Source: Wickerhamiella versatilis (lineage: Eukaryota). From it: a stretch of 64,000 bases of DNA. A program made the translations under genes and the position numbers. Under the pieces are notes generated by a model. The model did no database searches. It was not told where the DNA came from and saw only the letters and a list, made by a program, of their open reading frames with translations. Position 1 is the first letter of the stretch. Every line of letters begins with the position of its first letter. Below are positions 41,505 through 52,590 of this stretch, in pieces. Location of the stretch: assembly GCA_030867685.1 (NCBI GenBank), contig JAQOWU010000001.1:930001-994000 (forward strand). The letters are read 5' to 3'.

Positions 41505-43049
41505 ATGACAAAGGACAATTCGAAAGACCAAGTCGTATCTGTTGATGTAGAAAGAGCGGTTCTAATCGATACAGATGATCTGAAAAAAGACCTGACGGTT
41601 CTGGAGGAAGGTGATGCTGTTTTGGCCAGGAAGATGTACTTAGTTAACAATGCTATTGATGAAATCGGATTTACATGGTTTCATTTCAAAATATTTTGTA
41701 TTGCAGGATTTGGGTATGCTGCAGATACACTCATTGGTATGGCTCAGTCTACTGTGGTCCAGTATGTCAACTACCAGTTCAATCAGAAGTTTTATACAAT
41801 AGTAGAGGCACAATACGCGGGATTATTTGCGGGATGCATCTTTTGGACTTTCTCTTCCGACTTGATTGGCCGAAAGCTCGCATTTAACATCACACTGCTG
41901 TTCTCGTCATTGTTCGGGCTGCTGGTGGGAGGCATGAGTAGCTTAGCTACGTATTGCATCATGCTCGTGATATCTTGCTTTTTCCTAGGAGGTAATCTTG
42001 CTATCGATGCTACTGTATTCTTGGAATTTCTACCCTCGAAGTATCAGGTCCTTACCACCGGCTTTGCATGCTGGTGGTCGCTGGGACAAATTGTGGGGTA
42101 CTTGGTAGCTTATGCATTTTATACAAACGAGAAGTACTATTGTAGCTCTTATGAGGATTGTCCCTCGCCTAAAAACAGGGGATGGCGCTACGTATGGTAT
42201 ATTGATTCAGGTATTGTACTTGGGTTAGCCTTGGGGCGATTATTTGTTCGTCTACAGGAAACGCCTAAGTATCTTATTACAGTGAATAAGGATGAAGAAG
42301 CTGTGACACTTCTGAAAAAAATCGCAAAGAAATACAATAGAACTTGCTCGCTGGAAGCCGAGGACCTTATGCAATGTGGCAGGGTTGAGAAAAACTCATT
42401 CGATACGCAACACGCATCGATCAGAGGCTTTGTAAAAGCCGCAGCTAAAAACCTTCGTGCCCTTTTTGTGAACCGTCTGATGATTCGGAATATGGTATTG
42501 CTGATAGTTGGCTGGTTCGGAGTTGGCTTCGCCTATCCGCTCTGGGGCCAGTTTTTGCCTGTCATAACTGCTAATGCCACAAAAGGTGAAACGGTAAAGG
42601 ATACCTATACGGATTCATTAATTTCTACCACATTTTCTATCCTGGGCCCTCTTTTTGCTTCCGGCCTTATCTTAATACCAAGAATAGGCCGTCGAGGAAC
42701 TTTGGTGATCGGTGGGTTGTTATCAATGACTTTTTTCATGGCCTCTACTTCAGTTACTACCCGCCTACAAAATGTTGCATTTTCCAGCGTTTCATACATT
42801 GCTATGTATATATATTATGCCACTCTTTACGGATTTACTCCTGAATCTCTTCCTGCGTACTGTCGGGGAACCGGGTCTGGCGTTGCCATCGTGTTCAATC
42901 GTCTAGGTGGGCTCCTTGTACCACTAGTGGAATATTTTGCTGATCCTACAACTCAAGTTCCTATCTGGGTATGTGCGGCGTTTTTTGGGTTGATGGGGCT
43001 GCTCGCATTCTTCTTTCCATTTGAGCCTTCTATTTACAGGACGGTTTGA
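41505..43049 (+). CDS. MFS transporter, fungal SV2-like family
   Basis: NNAIDEIGFT, GFGYAAD, SDLIGRKLAFN, GGNLAID, NRGWRY, GRRGT, RGTGSG. The track start at 41391 is TTG; ATG at 41505. Confidence 0.9.
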   Translation: MTKDNSKDQVVSVDVERAVLIDTDDLKKDLTVLEEGDAVLARKMYLVNNAIDEIGFTWFHFKIFCIAGFGYAADTLIGMAQSTVVQYVNYQFNQKFYTIVEAQYAGLFAGCIFWTFSSDLIGRKLAFNITLLFSSLFGLLVGGMSSLATYCIMLVISCFFLGGNLAIDATVFLEFLPSKYQVLTTGFACWWSLGQIVGYLVAYAFYTNEKYYCSSYEDCPSPKNRGWRYVWYIDSGIVLGLALGRLFVRLQETPKYLITVNKDEEAVTLLKKIAKKYNRTCSLEAEDLMQCGRVEKNSFDTQHASIRGFVKAAAKNLRALFVNRLMIRNMVLLIVGWFGVGFAYPLWGQFLPVITANATKGETVKDTYTDSLISTTFSILGPLFASGLILIPRIGRRGTLVIGGLLSMTFFMASTSVTTRLQNVAFSSVSYIAMYIYYATLYGFTPESLPAYCRGTGSGVAIVFNRLGGLLVPLVEYFADPTTQVPIWVCAAFFGLMGLLAFFFPFEPSIYRTV

Positions 43050-44110
43050 AAAGTAGTGCCACGAAATTTTGAAAGAATATGGATTGATTTTCGCTTAAAT
43101 ACTCTAAGGACATACTAGCACGCAAATAATTTAAAAGCTTGTCAATAGGCTCGTTACAAGGACTGGTGAGTGATTTTTTTTTGCTATCGCAAGTGGTAGA
43201 GAGGGCAAATCTATTGAAATGCGTGAACTTCAATATAAACCAAATAAATTGAATATTACTATTAATCCTATTCTTCATAACTGGTCGGCTTCGTTGATTA
43301 TTCCATGGTCGGTCACAATTTCCTTTCTTGGACTGTGATGACATAACAGTATAAATTATGTGTGGAGACGCATGCCCTTTTTGCAGCAGCGGCAATCGAT
43401 CATGATAAGCTTATCATTGGATAGATAAACTTCCGAGATAATTAACAGCTGCCTTAATCTTTGCGTCTAGACGAGAGATATGAATATATTTGTGAGAAAA
43501 ATTTAAAAGCTGGAAGTGAACATTTCCGAAACGGGTGTAAGCACATAGGAATTCAACGCCTAAGGCCTAGTTAACTCGATATTCCACACATTCCACAAAT
43601 AATTGTCAGCCTGACTTGTCGCAAAACAGATTCAGATCTTCGGAATCATTTGAAAAGCTATAGTTATATCAAAGATTGATATGGGTAGTGCGGGGTTGAT
43701 ACTACGGGTGGCTCGAATTGTTTGCTATCTCCCTTGGTAATGCTTCCGAGAGGCCCAATACTAAAGGAGCACAGTTACAATTAGGATAAGCAGAAATGAC
43801 TTACTTAGTCTTTCAGTATTGTGCATGACACGTACACACTACCAGCTATCAGATATAGAATGGGAAGAGTATCGATGTAATAAGCCTCACCCAAATTAGT
43901 TCAAATGCAGGTAGCTATCAGGCCTTGCGAACGAAGTCCACCCCAACGTGGCATTGAATTGCCACTTTTCAGATTAAGAATTTAGCAATTATCCCGCTGA
44001 GTAATAGGATAATCTCAAATTCAATATCCACAGCCGTAACCTTATTAGAGTGTTAACCGCCTGACTAGGATCCAGAGGACTCGACGGGCTGGTTTTAATA
44101 TTCCTCGAAA

Positions 44111-45310
44111 ATGACTGACAGTATCGTACCTCGATCGAGACTGGCCACACAGCTTGTGTTTCTTGCAAGTGGGTTCACTGCGTCCAGCTGGGCTCCCCTT
44201 ATACCCTATGCCAAGGATCGACTTTCGGCAGATAAAAAAACTATGGGCCAGCTACTACTTTGTGTTGGAATGGGTGCTATCATCAGTATGACTTTTGTCA
44301 GCTCTCTCTGTGCGAAGGTTGGCTGTAAGAAAGTAATTGTGATAACTTCCATTATGACAGGAATCGGTTTATCAGTACTGATTTTGGCACCACAAAAAAT
44401 GCTTCTAGCAGGGCTTTTGCTCCTCTTTGGAATTCTATTCGGATCTCTTGATGTAGCGATGAATATTCATGCAGTGGAGGTCGAGCGCCTATCCAAGACA
44501 TCCCTGATGTCTGGATTCCATGGTATGTTCAGCGTGGGAGATTTCATGGGCTCTGCATTTGTTTCGCTTGTGCTTTCATTTGGTGGGCCACCTATATTGG
44601 CTACTATACTCTCTGGAACAATTGTGGCTATTATTGTTGCCATAGCGACACCACGGCTGTTGAATGATTCATGGACCGGCGAAAAAATAGAAACTACGCA
44701 AAAATTTATATTCCCACATGGTGTGGTACTTTTAATGGCGGGTCTTACCTTCATACTCTTCCTGGTTGAAGGCGCTATGCTCGACTGGAGCGCTTTATAT
44801 CTCACCGAACGTAATCTCGTCGAGACCAGTCGATCAGGATTTGCATTCATGGCATTTTCTATTGCGATGACTATTGGACGCCTCTGTGGCGATACAATTA
44901 TCGAGAAGATAGGTGACACATACTCACTGGTCGGGGGAAGTCTAACTGCGATTGTCGGGTTTCTTGTGATATTACTACCAAAAATATTCATTATTGTTCT
45001 ACTTGGGTTTTGCATACTTGGACTTGGTCTTTCAGTCACTGTACCTATAATCTTCAGCTTGGTGGGAAAGCAAGAAGTTATGCCCTCGAACCAAGCAATA
45101 ACTACCGTAACATCAGTTGGTTATGCGGGAGTTCTGGCCGGCCCTGCGTTTATAGGGCTTGTCGCAAACTCCACAAACCTTTCTGTTTCATTCTGGATTC
45201 TGTTAGGCCTGCTTTGTGTGGTTCCTGCCTGTGGAAAATTTGTAATTGATCGAGTACGATTGTTGTCATCGCCATCGCATAATGAAGATATGGAGTTCGA
45301 AATTGAATAG
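44111..45310 (+). CDS. Compact 12-TM MFS transporter of bacterial YbjJ-like type
   Basis: 399 aa; WAPLIPYAK, DVAMNIHAVEVE, MSGFHGMFS, EGAMLDWSALYL, MTIGRL.GD, GYAGVLAGPAFIG. Confidence 0.88.
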   Translation: MTDSIVPRSRLATQLVFLASGFTASSWAPLIPYAKDRLSADKKTMGQLLLCVGMGAIISMTFVSSLCAKVGCKKVIVITSIMTGIGLSVLILAPQKMLLAGLLLLFGILFGSLDVAMNIHAVEVERLSKTSLMSGFHGMFSVGDFMGSAFVSLVLSFGGPPILATILSGTIVAIIVAIATPRLLNDSWTGEKIETTQKFIFPHGVVLLMAGLTFILFLVEGAMLDWSALYLTERNLVETSRSGFAFMAFSIAMTIGRLCGDTIIEKIGDTYSLVGGSLTAIVGFLVILLPKIFIIVLLGFCILGLGLSVTVPIIFSLVGKQEVMPSNQAITTVTSVGYAGVLAGPAFIGLVANSTNLSVSFWILLGLLCVVPACGKFVIDRVRLLSSPSHNEDMEFEIE

Positions 45311-45678
45311 AGTTGATAAATGAATAAGTCAGTATATATATACTGGACATTGAATATTTATTTATGATATACATGATTAATATGGATATAAGTTATAACT
45401 AGCTAATTCGCAAATCTGGAAGGCTGAAAGAAAGATGTTATTTCCCTCGAACCAGGTGTTTTAGACAAACTCAGGCAGCCAGATCTGAGCTTTTCTGAAA
45501 AATTGAGATCCGGCCGTTTATGCCCATGCCATATACCATTTTGTTGTTTTTAAAAATATCAATAAACCTATACTAGGTCTAGAAAAACAATTGGCTGGTT
45601 AACAATCCCTTGATTTATTGGAGAACTTTGCATAGACTTGAAAGTCTTGCTGAAGGCAGTATTTTAGCTCAATTAGTA

Positions 45679-46134
45679 CTACGGCTTGACAGTAAGACTC
45701 ACTGGACGTACGAATTCTGAGTTCGAAGTCGAAACTATGCAAGCGGCATGGGACACATCTATAAGGTAAAATGAAGGACTCCCGTTTAACGTGAGCGATC
45801 CATTATAGATACCCCATGTTGAGTCATTCGTTGAACTCACCCCACCAAGGTTAAGCGAACCGGACCCGTAACTAGAAGAACTGGATTCAGTATAGACGTA
45901 GTTGTTTGGCCCTTTCTGAGATACATCGATCAATTTACCATTAGAAATGGTGAAAGTGTCCCGACCCAGCACACTGAAATATCCTATCTCGTAGTCAAGA
46001 TATGCGTCTGTGAACTGGGAATCACCGCAATATACGGTCCCAACAGATATACTGAAATTACTCGATACACCAGTATACGCAGATATGGTGTCAATAAGCC
46101 CAGCCAATGCTGGCACAGCTCCCCATAACCGCAT
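45679..46134 (-). CDS. Small secreted protein, unknown function
   Basis: Signal peptide, 2 Cys, several N-x-S/T sequons; TATA-like tract upstream (46140-46147). Confidence 0.7.
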   Translation of the reverse strand: MRLWGAVPALAGLIDTISAYTGVSSNFSISVGTVYCGDSQFTDAYLDYEIGYFSVLGRDTFTISNGKLIDVSQKGPNNYVYTESSSSSYGSGSLNLGGVSSTNDSTWGIYNGSLTLNGSPSFYLIDVSHAACIVSTSNSEFVRPVSLTVKP

Positions 46135-47008
46135 CAGCGTATATAATAAAAAAAAAGGAGGAAAACGGTAAAATATATTCCAGCTTACTTAATTTACAGT
46201 ATAGACCTAGACGACTAATTAACTTAACATTATGTTCGCAGACTGGCTTTTTCTGGATATTAGAGGGCATTGTATTGCCTTTATTTATTTACGCTTGCTC
46301 CCCATGGTGTCTAAATCTGCGAATAACACTAAATGTCAGATGAACATATCTACATTCTTATGAATCAATTCATTGGCTTACATACATATCAACGTTTGCT
46401 ATCAGATATGGGATCAAGATATGTAGAGGCCTACATATTTCTAGGAGAGAAAGGCGTACTGAATGGGCAAGTCTAAGCCTAGGTCGAAGTTATAATGCTC
46501 AAGCAGTTTGCATTACCATGGCTGTACCGTTTATCATCTCGTGGGCTTACATCGCTTGATTGTACTGCTTACTACCCCCAGTCTCATCTGTATAGTATTA
46601 TTATATTATTATATAGCGATATTAAACTCCATTGGATAAATAAAAAACAAACATTTTAGGTGGAAGAGACATCATACTTTGGAATTTGATGGTCACACTG
46701 CACGTTCGTTGCTCCTACAATACTTTTATATTACCAGGGAATAAATTAAATTTCAAAGACAACTTGTAGTGGAACAGTTTCAAGGAATTTTTTTTTCACC
46801 CGAAAATGAACTTCGTTTCAACGATACGAGCATATCCGAATTACGCCTGGGAGGTGAGGAGGAAGTGGGCCAGGCTATCTTTACGTACCTTAATCAAATA
46901 AGACATAACATAAGTATCGTGAAGGAATGCTAATTATTCTGGGTTATTTGATCAACCAATGCTGAGGCTGCTAGCACCAACAAGCGACTGTCTGGTCAAT
47001 ACACGAAT

Positions 47009-47980
47009 CTACTTCCGTAGTCCGTTAATCCAGCGAACCACAGATTTTCCAAAGTCATCCGGCTTTTCCAGCATGGGCCAGTGACCGGCCTCAACGGTCT
47101 TTACAAAAAGATGTGGCAGCAATCCTGCCTTGGCTGGAATGTCCAACATCTGTGGGGAACAAACCGTATCCTTTGTGCCACCGAAGAAGAAAACAGGAAC
47201 GGTAACAACCTTTTCTTGAGGGGTAAGAGACTTTTCTGCATCGTAATGTATGTTGAAGGCCATGGCCCTGTACCACTGGGCGGGTGCATCAAACCCATCA
47301 CGACTAAGTCTCTCCACAAACTCCGCCTTCATCTCATCAGTGGCATATGCTTGGGGTTTCTCGTCATCTCCTGCAATAATGTAGTTTTTAAAAGCATCTT
47401 GCTTCCGGAAGTAATTGTCTGATACCTCTGGTGGTGAGTGAATGAGGTCCCAAATATTACCAGCCTTGGTATCCATCAAAGCCGGTGCTCTATCCTCAAT
47501 CATGAAATTCCAATACCAATTCTGAGTCAGTGCATCCCATCTCTCAAGTTCAAAGTGAATGCCCGGCACGACATAACTGACGTTAATGATTACGAGGGCT
47601 TCCACCATTTCTCTATGAAACAGATAAAACCTCTGAACCAGAAACGAACCCCAGTCATGACCTACGCCAATGACTTTGGAAATAGACTCACTTTCAAGTA
47701 TTTCCTTGATGTCGTGAGCCATGAATTTCGAGCGGTAGACCTCGTAGTTCTCGGGCTTAGAGCTTCCACCGTATCCCAATGCATCGATAGCCAGCACCCC
47801 GAGTCCTGCAGGCACAAGGTACGTGGAAATGAAATGCTGCCATAACTTCGCTGAGTCGGGCCAGCCATGAGCCAGAAAGACTATAGGCTGGTTATTTACC
47901 GGCTTAGCCCAGTAATATGCATAAGTAAGACCACGAGAGCAGGTAAATGACTTCTGCGTAGTACCAGCAATAGTTGTCAT
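47009..47980 (-). CDS. Soluble epoxide hydrolase (alpha/beta fold)
   Basis: HGWP, GYGGS, GHDWG nucleophile, WYRA tyrosine, acid D (TKDTVC), GHW histidine. Confidence 0.9.
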   Translation of the reverse strand: MTTIAGTTQKSFTCSRGLTYAYYWAKPVNNQPIVFLAHGWPDSAKLWQHFISTYLVPAGLGVLAIDALGYGGSSKPENYEVYRSKFMAHDIKEILESESISKVIGVGHDWGSFLVQRFYLFHREMVEALVIINVSYVVPGIHFELERWDALTQNWYWNFMIEDRAPALMDTKAGNIWDLIHSPPEVSDNYFRKQDAFKNYIIAGDDEKPQAYATDEMKAEFVERLSRDGFDAPAQWYRAMAFNIHYDAEKSLTPQEKVVTVPVFFFGGTKDTVCSPQMLDIPAKAGLLPHLFVKTVEAGHWPMLEKPDDFGKSVVRWINGLRK

Positions 47981-50171
47981 TGAGCGCGTGGAAGGAAGGT
48001 GACAAATTTTGTCACAGCAACACCTTTAGTATTATTTCCCGACAGTCGTACCTGGCAGGCTTACCCGATAGACGCCGGGGAGCAATTCTTAATGCTGAAT
48101 TATCTAAGCACCTAATTACCTATTTGGGAAATTCAATTTGAATGTTTGCTGGTTCAGGTTTACATGGCATAGAATTGTGTGTATCAACCTAGGTAGACAA
48201 ATGTGTGTAGTATATCGAAATCTCCCTGGTTTATGTGGTCACGAATAACTAGCTACTAGATTGGCTCGTGGCCGAAGACAGGATGACAATGGTCCTTCCC
48301 AAAAGCATTCGCACAATAAAGTACTTTTTACGTATACTAATTATGTTATATAGACATATATATCACTTAGCAATCGAACTTCGCATTGGTAATACTTTTT
48401 CAAGCGTAGTGCATGAAAGTTCTGCAAGCTTTGCAATCTAAGGACGTTAACGGTTCTTACTTACTTACTTTCCCTTGTTATCACAGATGAATTGCCAAGA
48501 CAGGCTAAGATATTTACGTGTTCTACCTAATGCATTAAGAAACTCTATGAGACCCCCCAGGAAAAGCTGCTATTGTTGCCAACTATGGAGTAGTAGCAGC
48601 TCGGACGACAGGCGATAGAGAGCTCAGACTTGAAATATACCACAGATGACTATATTATACTCATTATAACCTGCAATGGCTGGTTTCAGAATCCCAAATA
48701 TCGCATGAATCTGCAATCCAGTCATTCCGGACTTAGAGTCAACGCTGATCGATGCGGACAGTATAGCAAGGGGTTAAAAATGGCTCCAAAGTCGCAATAG
48801 CACAGTTTCAGTAAAAAATGGAATCACGCTAGTAGAGTGCTTGCCGATGCTATTAGATATTACCAAATGGTAAGCTTCCTATCAGTAGTCATAACGAAGG
48901 AAGTGCCATGTACCAACTGGAAGTCTCAGCTATTGAAAACGTCCTAAGCCATCATATGAAAGGATGCCAGTGCACGAGCTGATCCATGACTTGAAAATGT
49001 GGAGTTCTTCAAACGCTCTAAAGACATATTTAAAACAGAATCTGTGGACTAACTATTGGCAACGACTGGGTTCATGACATCCTATAAACAAGCAACCCTA
49101 ATAGTATGGATCGAGCCCACCAGCAGAAGGATATGCTGGCTCTTTGCAACTGGCTTTTACTTCCATTAGGCTTGGAAACCCTATGCTAATTAGGGTGTAA
49201 GAGGTTGCATCTGCATACCCAGATGGGCTAGGGGTATGCACGATGCATAAGGTTCACATCCATTTGAGGGTATCAGTGCAGTCGCGCAAGCCATTCGAAG
49301 GTGGAGTTAATTAGATTTTGGACATGCTAATCGAATAGGAGGTAGAAAACTCCCACGGAAAGAGTTCGCTAGTTTTATTTTGTAGAGCGCTCTCGCTCTA
49401 GGCCCATGAGTAGCCCATCCCTCCGGGGTGGGATACATGCTCGCGATCGGCAACACGAAGTCATAATACTGCAGTGCTTGCTTTGATACCAAGAGCAAAA
49501 TCTGAGATAGGCAGTAAACTGGTATCAAAATATTCACGGGTTTCTGGGGAAATACTCGCCAGTTAAGCACAGCACCGCTGAAGAGAGGGGTCTCCATCGT
49601 AGACCGCTGCCATGGATTATTCCAATAAGCGAGGGTTATAGCGTCTAAAGAGGAACTGATCTCGATCTTAAAGGGGCGCGCTGTTCTTTACCAGTGATAT
49701 TACAGGACCCTCGAAATGAAGCGATGAATATTATATCTTATAAGGAACAAAAAGAGACGGCTGGGGTATGTGGCCTGCTATGTGACTGCATTTGGGTGGG
49801 AAATCGACGGCATTTTCACATACCTCAGCTCGTATTCGCCGGTAAATTCAACCCGATATGACATCATGCCATTCCGCTATTTGCATTACGTCATACCAAC
49901 GTGAATCGGTACCCCATGATTCGCGCGTTTACCCTTGCCCAGTACATAACGGCCAGATGGCCAAGGCCACTTGCGAACAACAACAGGGGGAAGGGACAGG
50001 AATACAGACTTTGCGACAACACATTTATTTCAACTCTTCTGTACCGAAATTGTTTTTTGTTGTTGTACATCTTGATGAGTATGTATACTATACCAAAGTT
50101 ATTTTGAGATCTAAGCCACACTAGCTCGGTATTTAAGGATTAATATGTTCGTTATGGCACCTCCAATAATT

Positions 50172-51305
50172 ATGAAAATTGTGTCTGGGATCCTTGTTCT
50201 AGCAGCATATGCTTTTGGGGCTCCATCTGGCAGCCAGGGGTTCTTGTCAACCACTTTCGCACGCCAGCACACAAACATTAGCTCAAAGGTAGCCACAGGT
50301 TTCCATAAGGCTGCATCTCGGGAGTCAAATAATGGAGTCTCCGAGACATTAAAAAACACAGTCATTCAGTACCTGGTATCGTTCGAAATAGGCTCTCCCG
50401 GTCAGAGAGTAACAAGCTCGCTGGACACTGGATCATCTGATTTATGGGTCTACAGTGGTGAAGTATCACAAGCACCACAGAAATATAGTTCAAACAGCAG
50501 CTCCACAAGCAAGTACATCTCTGATGACTTCGCCATTCAGTATGTTGATGGATCTGGTGCAAAAGGTTCCTATTACTCGGACAGTATAAACTGGGGTGGC
50601 ACATCGTTCGACTTACAGTTTGCTGTGACTGATGAATACGAGGAGGGGTTAAAAGCAACAGTTTTCGGCGTGGGCTTCAAGCCTAGTGAGGCCACCACAG
50701 ACAGATCCACTTATAATAATTTACCTTATGCCCTGAAGGACCAAGGCATAATATCATCTGCACTCTATTCACTCAATCTAAACGGTAGCAATTCAGCTTC
50801 CGGGACGTTTCTTCTTGGTGCGATAGATGACTCGCGCTATGAAGGCAAACTCAATAAGATACCCTTCACCAGTAACAGCTCCTTTGATGTGGACTTCATG
50901 GTTAATGGAAAGCGTATGAATGGTGTTCTTGACAGTGGGACAAGTCTGACCTATCTGGATGACGATGTTGTCTCAAGCATCGCTGAGAGGTTTGGTGCGA
51001 ATTATGATGTATACCAAGGGTTGTATATAATCAACGGCGACGTTGAAGGTAACGATGTGGACTTTAGCTTCTTCGGAACTAATATTACAGTTCCAGCATC
51101 TGAGCTTGTCATTGACCAAAGTGGTGTAAAGACTTTCGGATTGGTTCCTAGTAGCCAGGCTGCGAACCAAACTATTCTTGGTGACACCTTCCTACGGTCC
51201 GCCTATGTAGTCTACGATCTGGATAACAAGCAGGCTGGAATAGCCCAGGCAAATTATAACTCTAATAGCCCAAGCATTCGTGTGATTGGCAGCGAAGGGT
51301 TTTAG
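50172..51305 (+). CDS. Secreted aspartic protease (SAP/yapsin-like, no GPI tail)
   Basis: Signal peptide from ATG 50172 (upstream in-frame ATG at 50145); DTGSSDLW, YVDG flap, DSGTS, ILGDTFLRSAYVVYD. Confidence 0.93.
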   Translation: MKIVSGILVLAAYAFGAPSGSQGFLSTTFARQHTNISSKVATGFHKAASRESNNGVSETLKNTVIQYLVSFEIGSPGQRVTSSLDTGSSDLWVYSGEVSQAPQKYSSNSSSTSKYISDDFAIQYVDGSGAKGSYYSDSINWGGTSFDLQFAVTDEYEEGLKATVFGVGFKPSEATTDRSTYNNLPYALKDQGIISSALYSLNLNGSNSASGTFLLGAIDDSRYEGKLNKIPFTSNSSFDVDFMVNGKRMNGVLDSGTSLTYLDDDVVSSIAERFGANYDVYQGLYIINGDVEGNDVDFSFFGTNITVPASELVIDQSGVKTFGLVPSSQAANQTILGDTFLRSAYVVYDLDNKQAGIAQANYNSNSPSIRVIGSEGF

Positions 51306-51691
51306 GTCATACTAAAAGCAGTATAGCTACTGGAAGGCATAGAAACTAAACCGTACACTCACAACATCGAGGAAATATCCTAAATTACAATATAGCGTAG
51401 GATTTGGCTGGCGTGTATAGTTTTCCTCCATTGGTTTTGCATATCTCAATGAAGTTCACGCTACACTTATAGCAATTAGTGCAACCTGTGCACCATTTAC
51501 TTCGACCAGCCCTATTTGAGTGCGAGTCGCCAAAGAATAGTCAACTAGTTAAAGAAAGTCATAAATATGCTAATGGTAGATGCGATTCGGTAAAGTTACC
51601 AGGGAAGCGCGGATAGTCTGTTCTGGGCTGGATCAATGACGTCCCTGGATATATGTTGAGCTGGCTGTGCTATTCCAAGCGCCAGTCGGAC

Positions 51692-52354
51692 TTAGTCGAC
51701 ATAACTGGATGGTGTCGAGGTTGGCTGGACGGCAGTACTTGAAGAGCTTTGACTGGTCTCCGAAAAGTACGCAGTATTGATAAGACTGGAAGTCGTTGAC
51801 GAAGGTCCAGCATACTCAGTTCCATTACGGGCTTCAATACGAACGTCGACAAGATTTGAACAGCCTGATACATTACCCGCGGCATATATTGACTTGTCAT
51901 CGAGGCACACATGCCACGGTTCTGTACCGTTGATTTGAAGCCACGTCTTACCAGACTCCTCCTTGTAAGAGAAAAATCTTTCACCTGAATAGATATAGTT
52001 CTCCATACTATTCACAGCAGAACCATTTGCTGTAATAAGCCAGGCATCTGAGCCATATCGGATACAGGACGAAGGATACTTATGAAGCCAACCGGTGTCT
52101 ATCAGGCTCACCGAAATGTTTCCACCATCGATAACAAAATGGTCTTCATAATTAGTGCCCGGGGAAGGTTGGTAGGTCGGATCACGCTGGCCGATTCGAT
52201 GATCGTTCACTTCAGAAATGTCGGGGTTTATGGCGAATAGGGCATAAACATCAAGGCAGCTCACTGATCCTGGTACACAATAGCAACAGTAGCAGAACTG
52301 GTAAGAGTATACACCAATGAAAACGGCCAATAGTGGCAACAAAGCAACTCTCAT
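51692..52354 (-). CDS. Secreted protein with Cys-rich N-terminus and Ser/Thr tail
   Basis: Signal peptide, CYCCYC, Ser/Thr-rich C-terminus, no GPI signal. Confidence 0.7.
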   Translation of the reverse strand: MRVALLPLLAVFIGVYSYQFCYCCYCVPGSVSCLDVYALFAINPDISEVNDHRIGQRDPTYQPSPGTNYEDHFVIDGGNISVSLIDTGWLHKYPSSCIRYGSDAWLITANGSAVNSMENYIYSGERFFSYKEESGKTWLQINGTEPWHVCLDDKSIYAAGNVSGCSNLVDVRIEARNGTEYAGPSSTTSSLINTAYFSETSQSSSSTAVQPTSTPSSYVD

Positions 52355-52590
52355 AGCAAAATGTGTTCAAGATTGATTTCTGGGGTTAAGTGACAAATCC
52401 AACAAAGTATTTTTTCTAATTATAGTGGGGTACAGTCAGAATTTGCCTTGTGCCAGGGTGCTCACTACTAAATTATATTATTTTACTTGCATTCATACTC
52501 AAAAATCACTTTTTACTAAGGTATATAAATTGATACTAATATTAGGGGCAAAACCTAGTAATAACTCACAACAAGGGAAGGGTGTATCCA

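Noticed and set aside
8218-45310. Bacterial contamination or an intact transferred operon
   Set aside because: The bacterial-like genes alternate with fungal genes, have similar base composition, AT-rich yeast-style flanks and mixed orientation, with no operon spacing.
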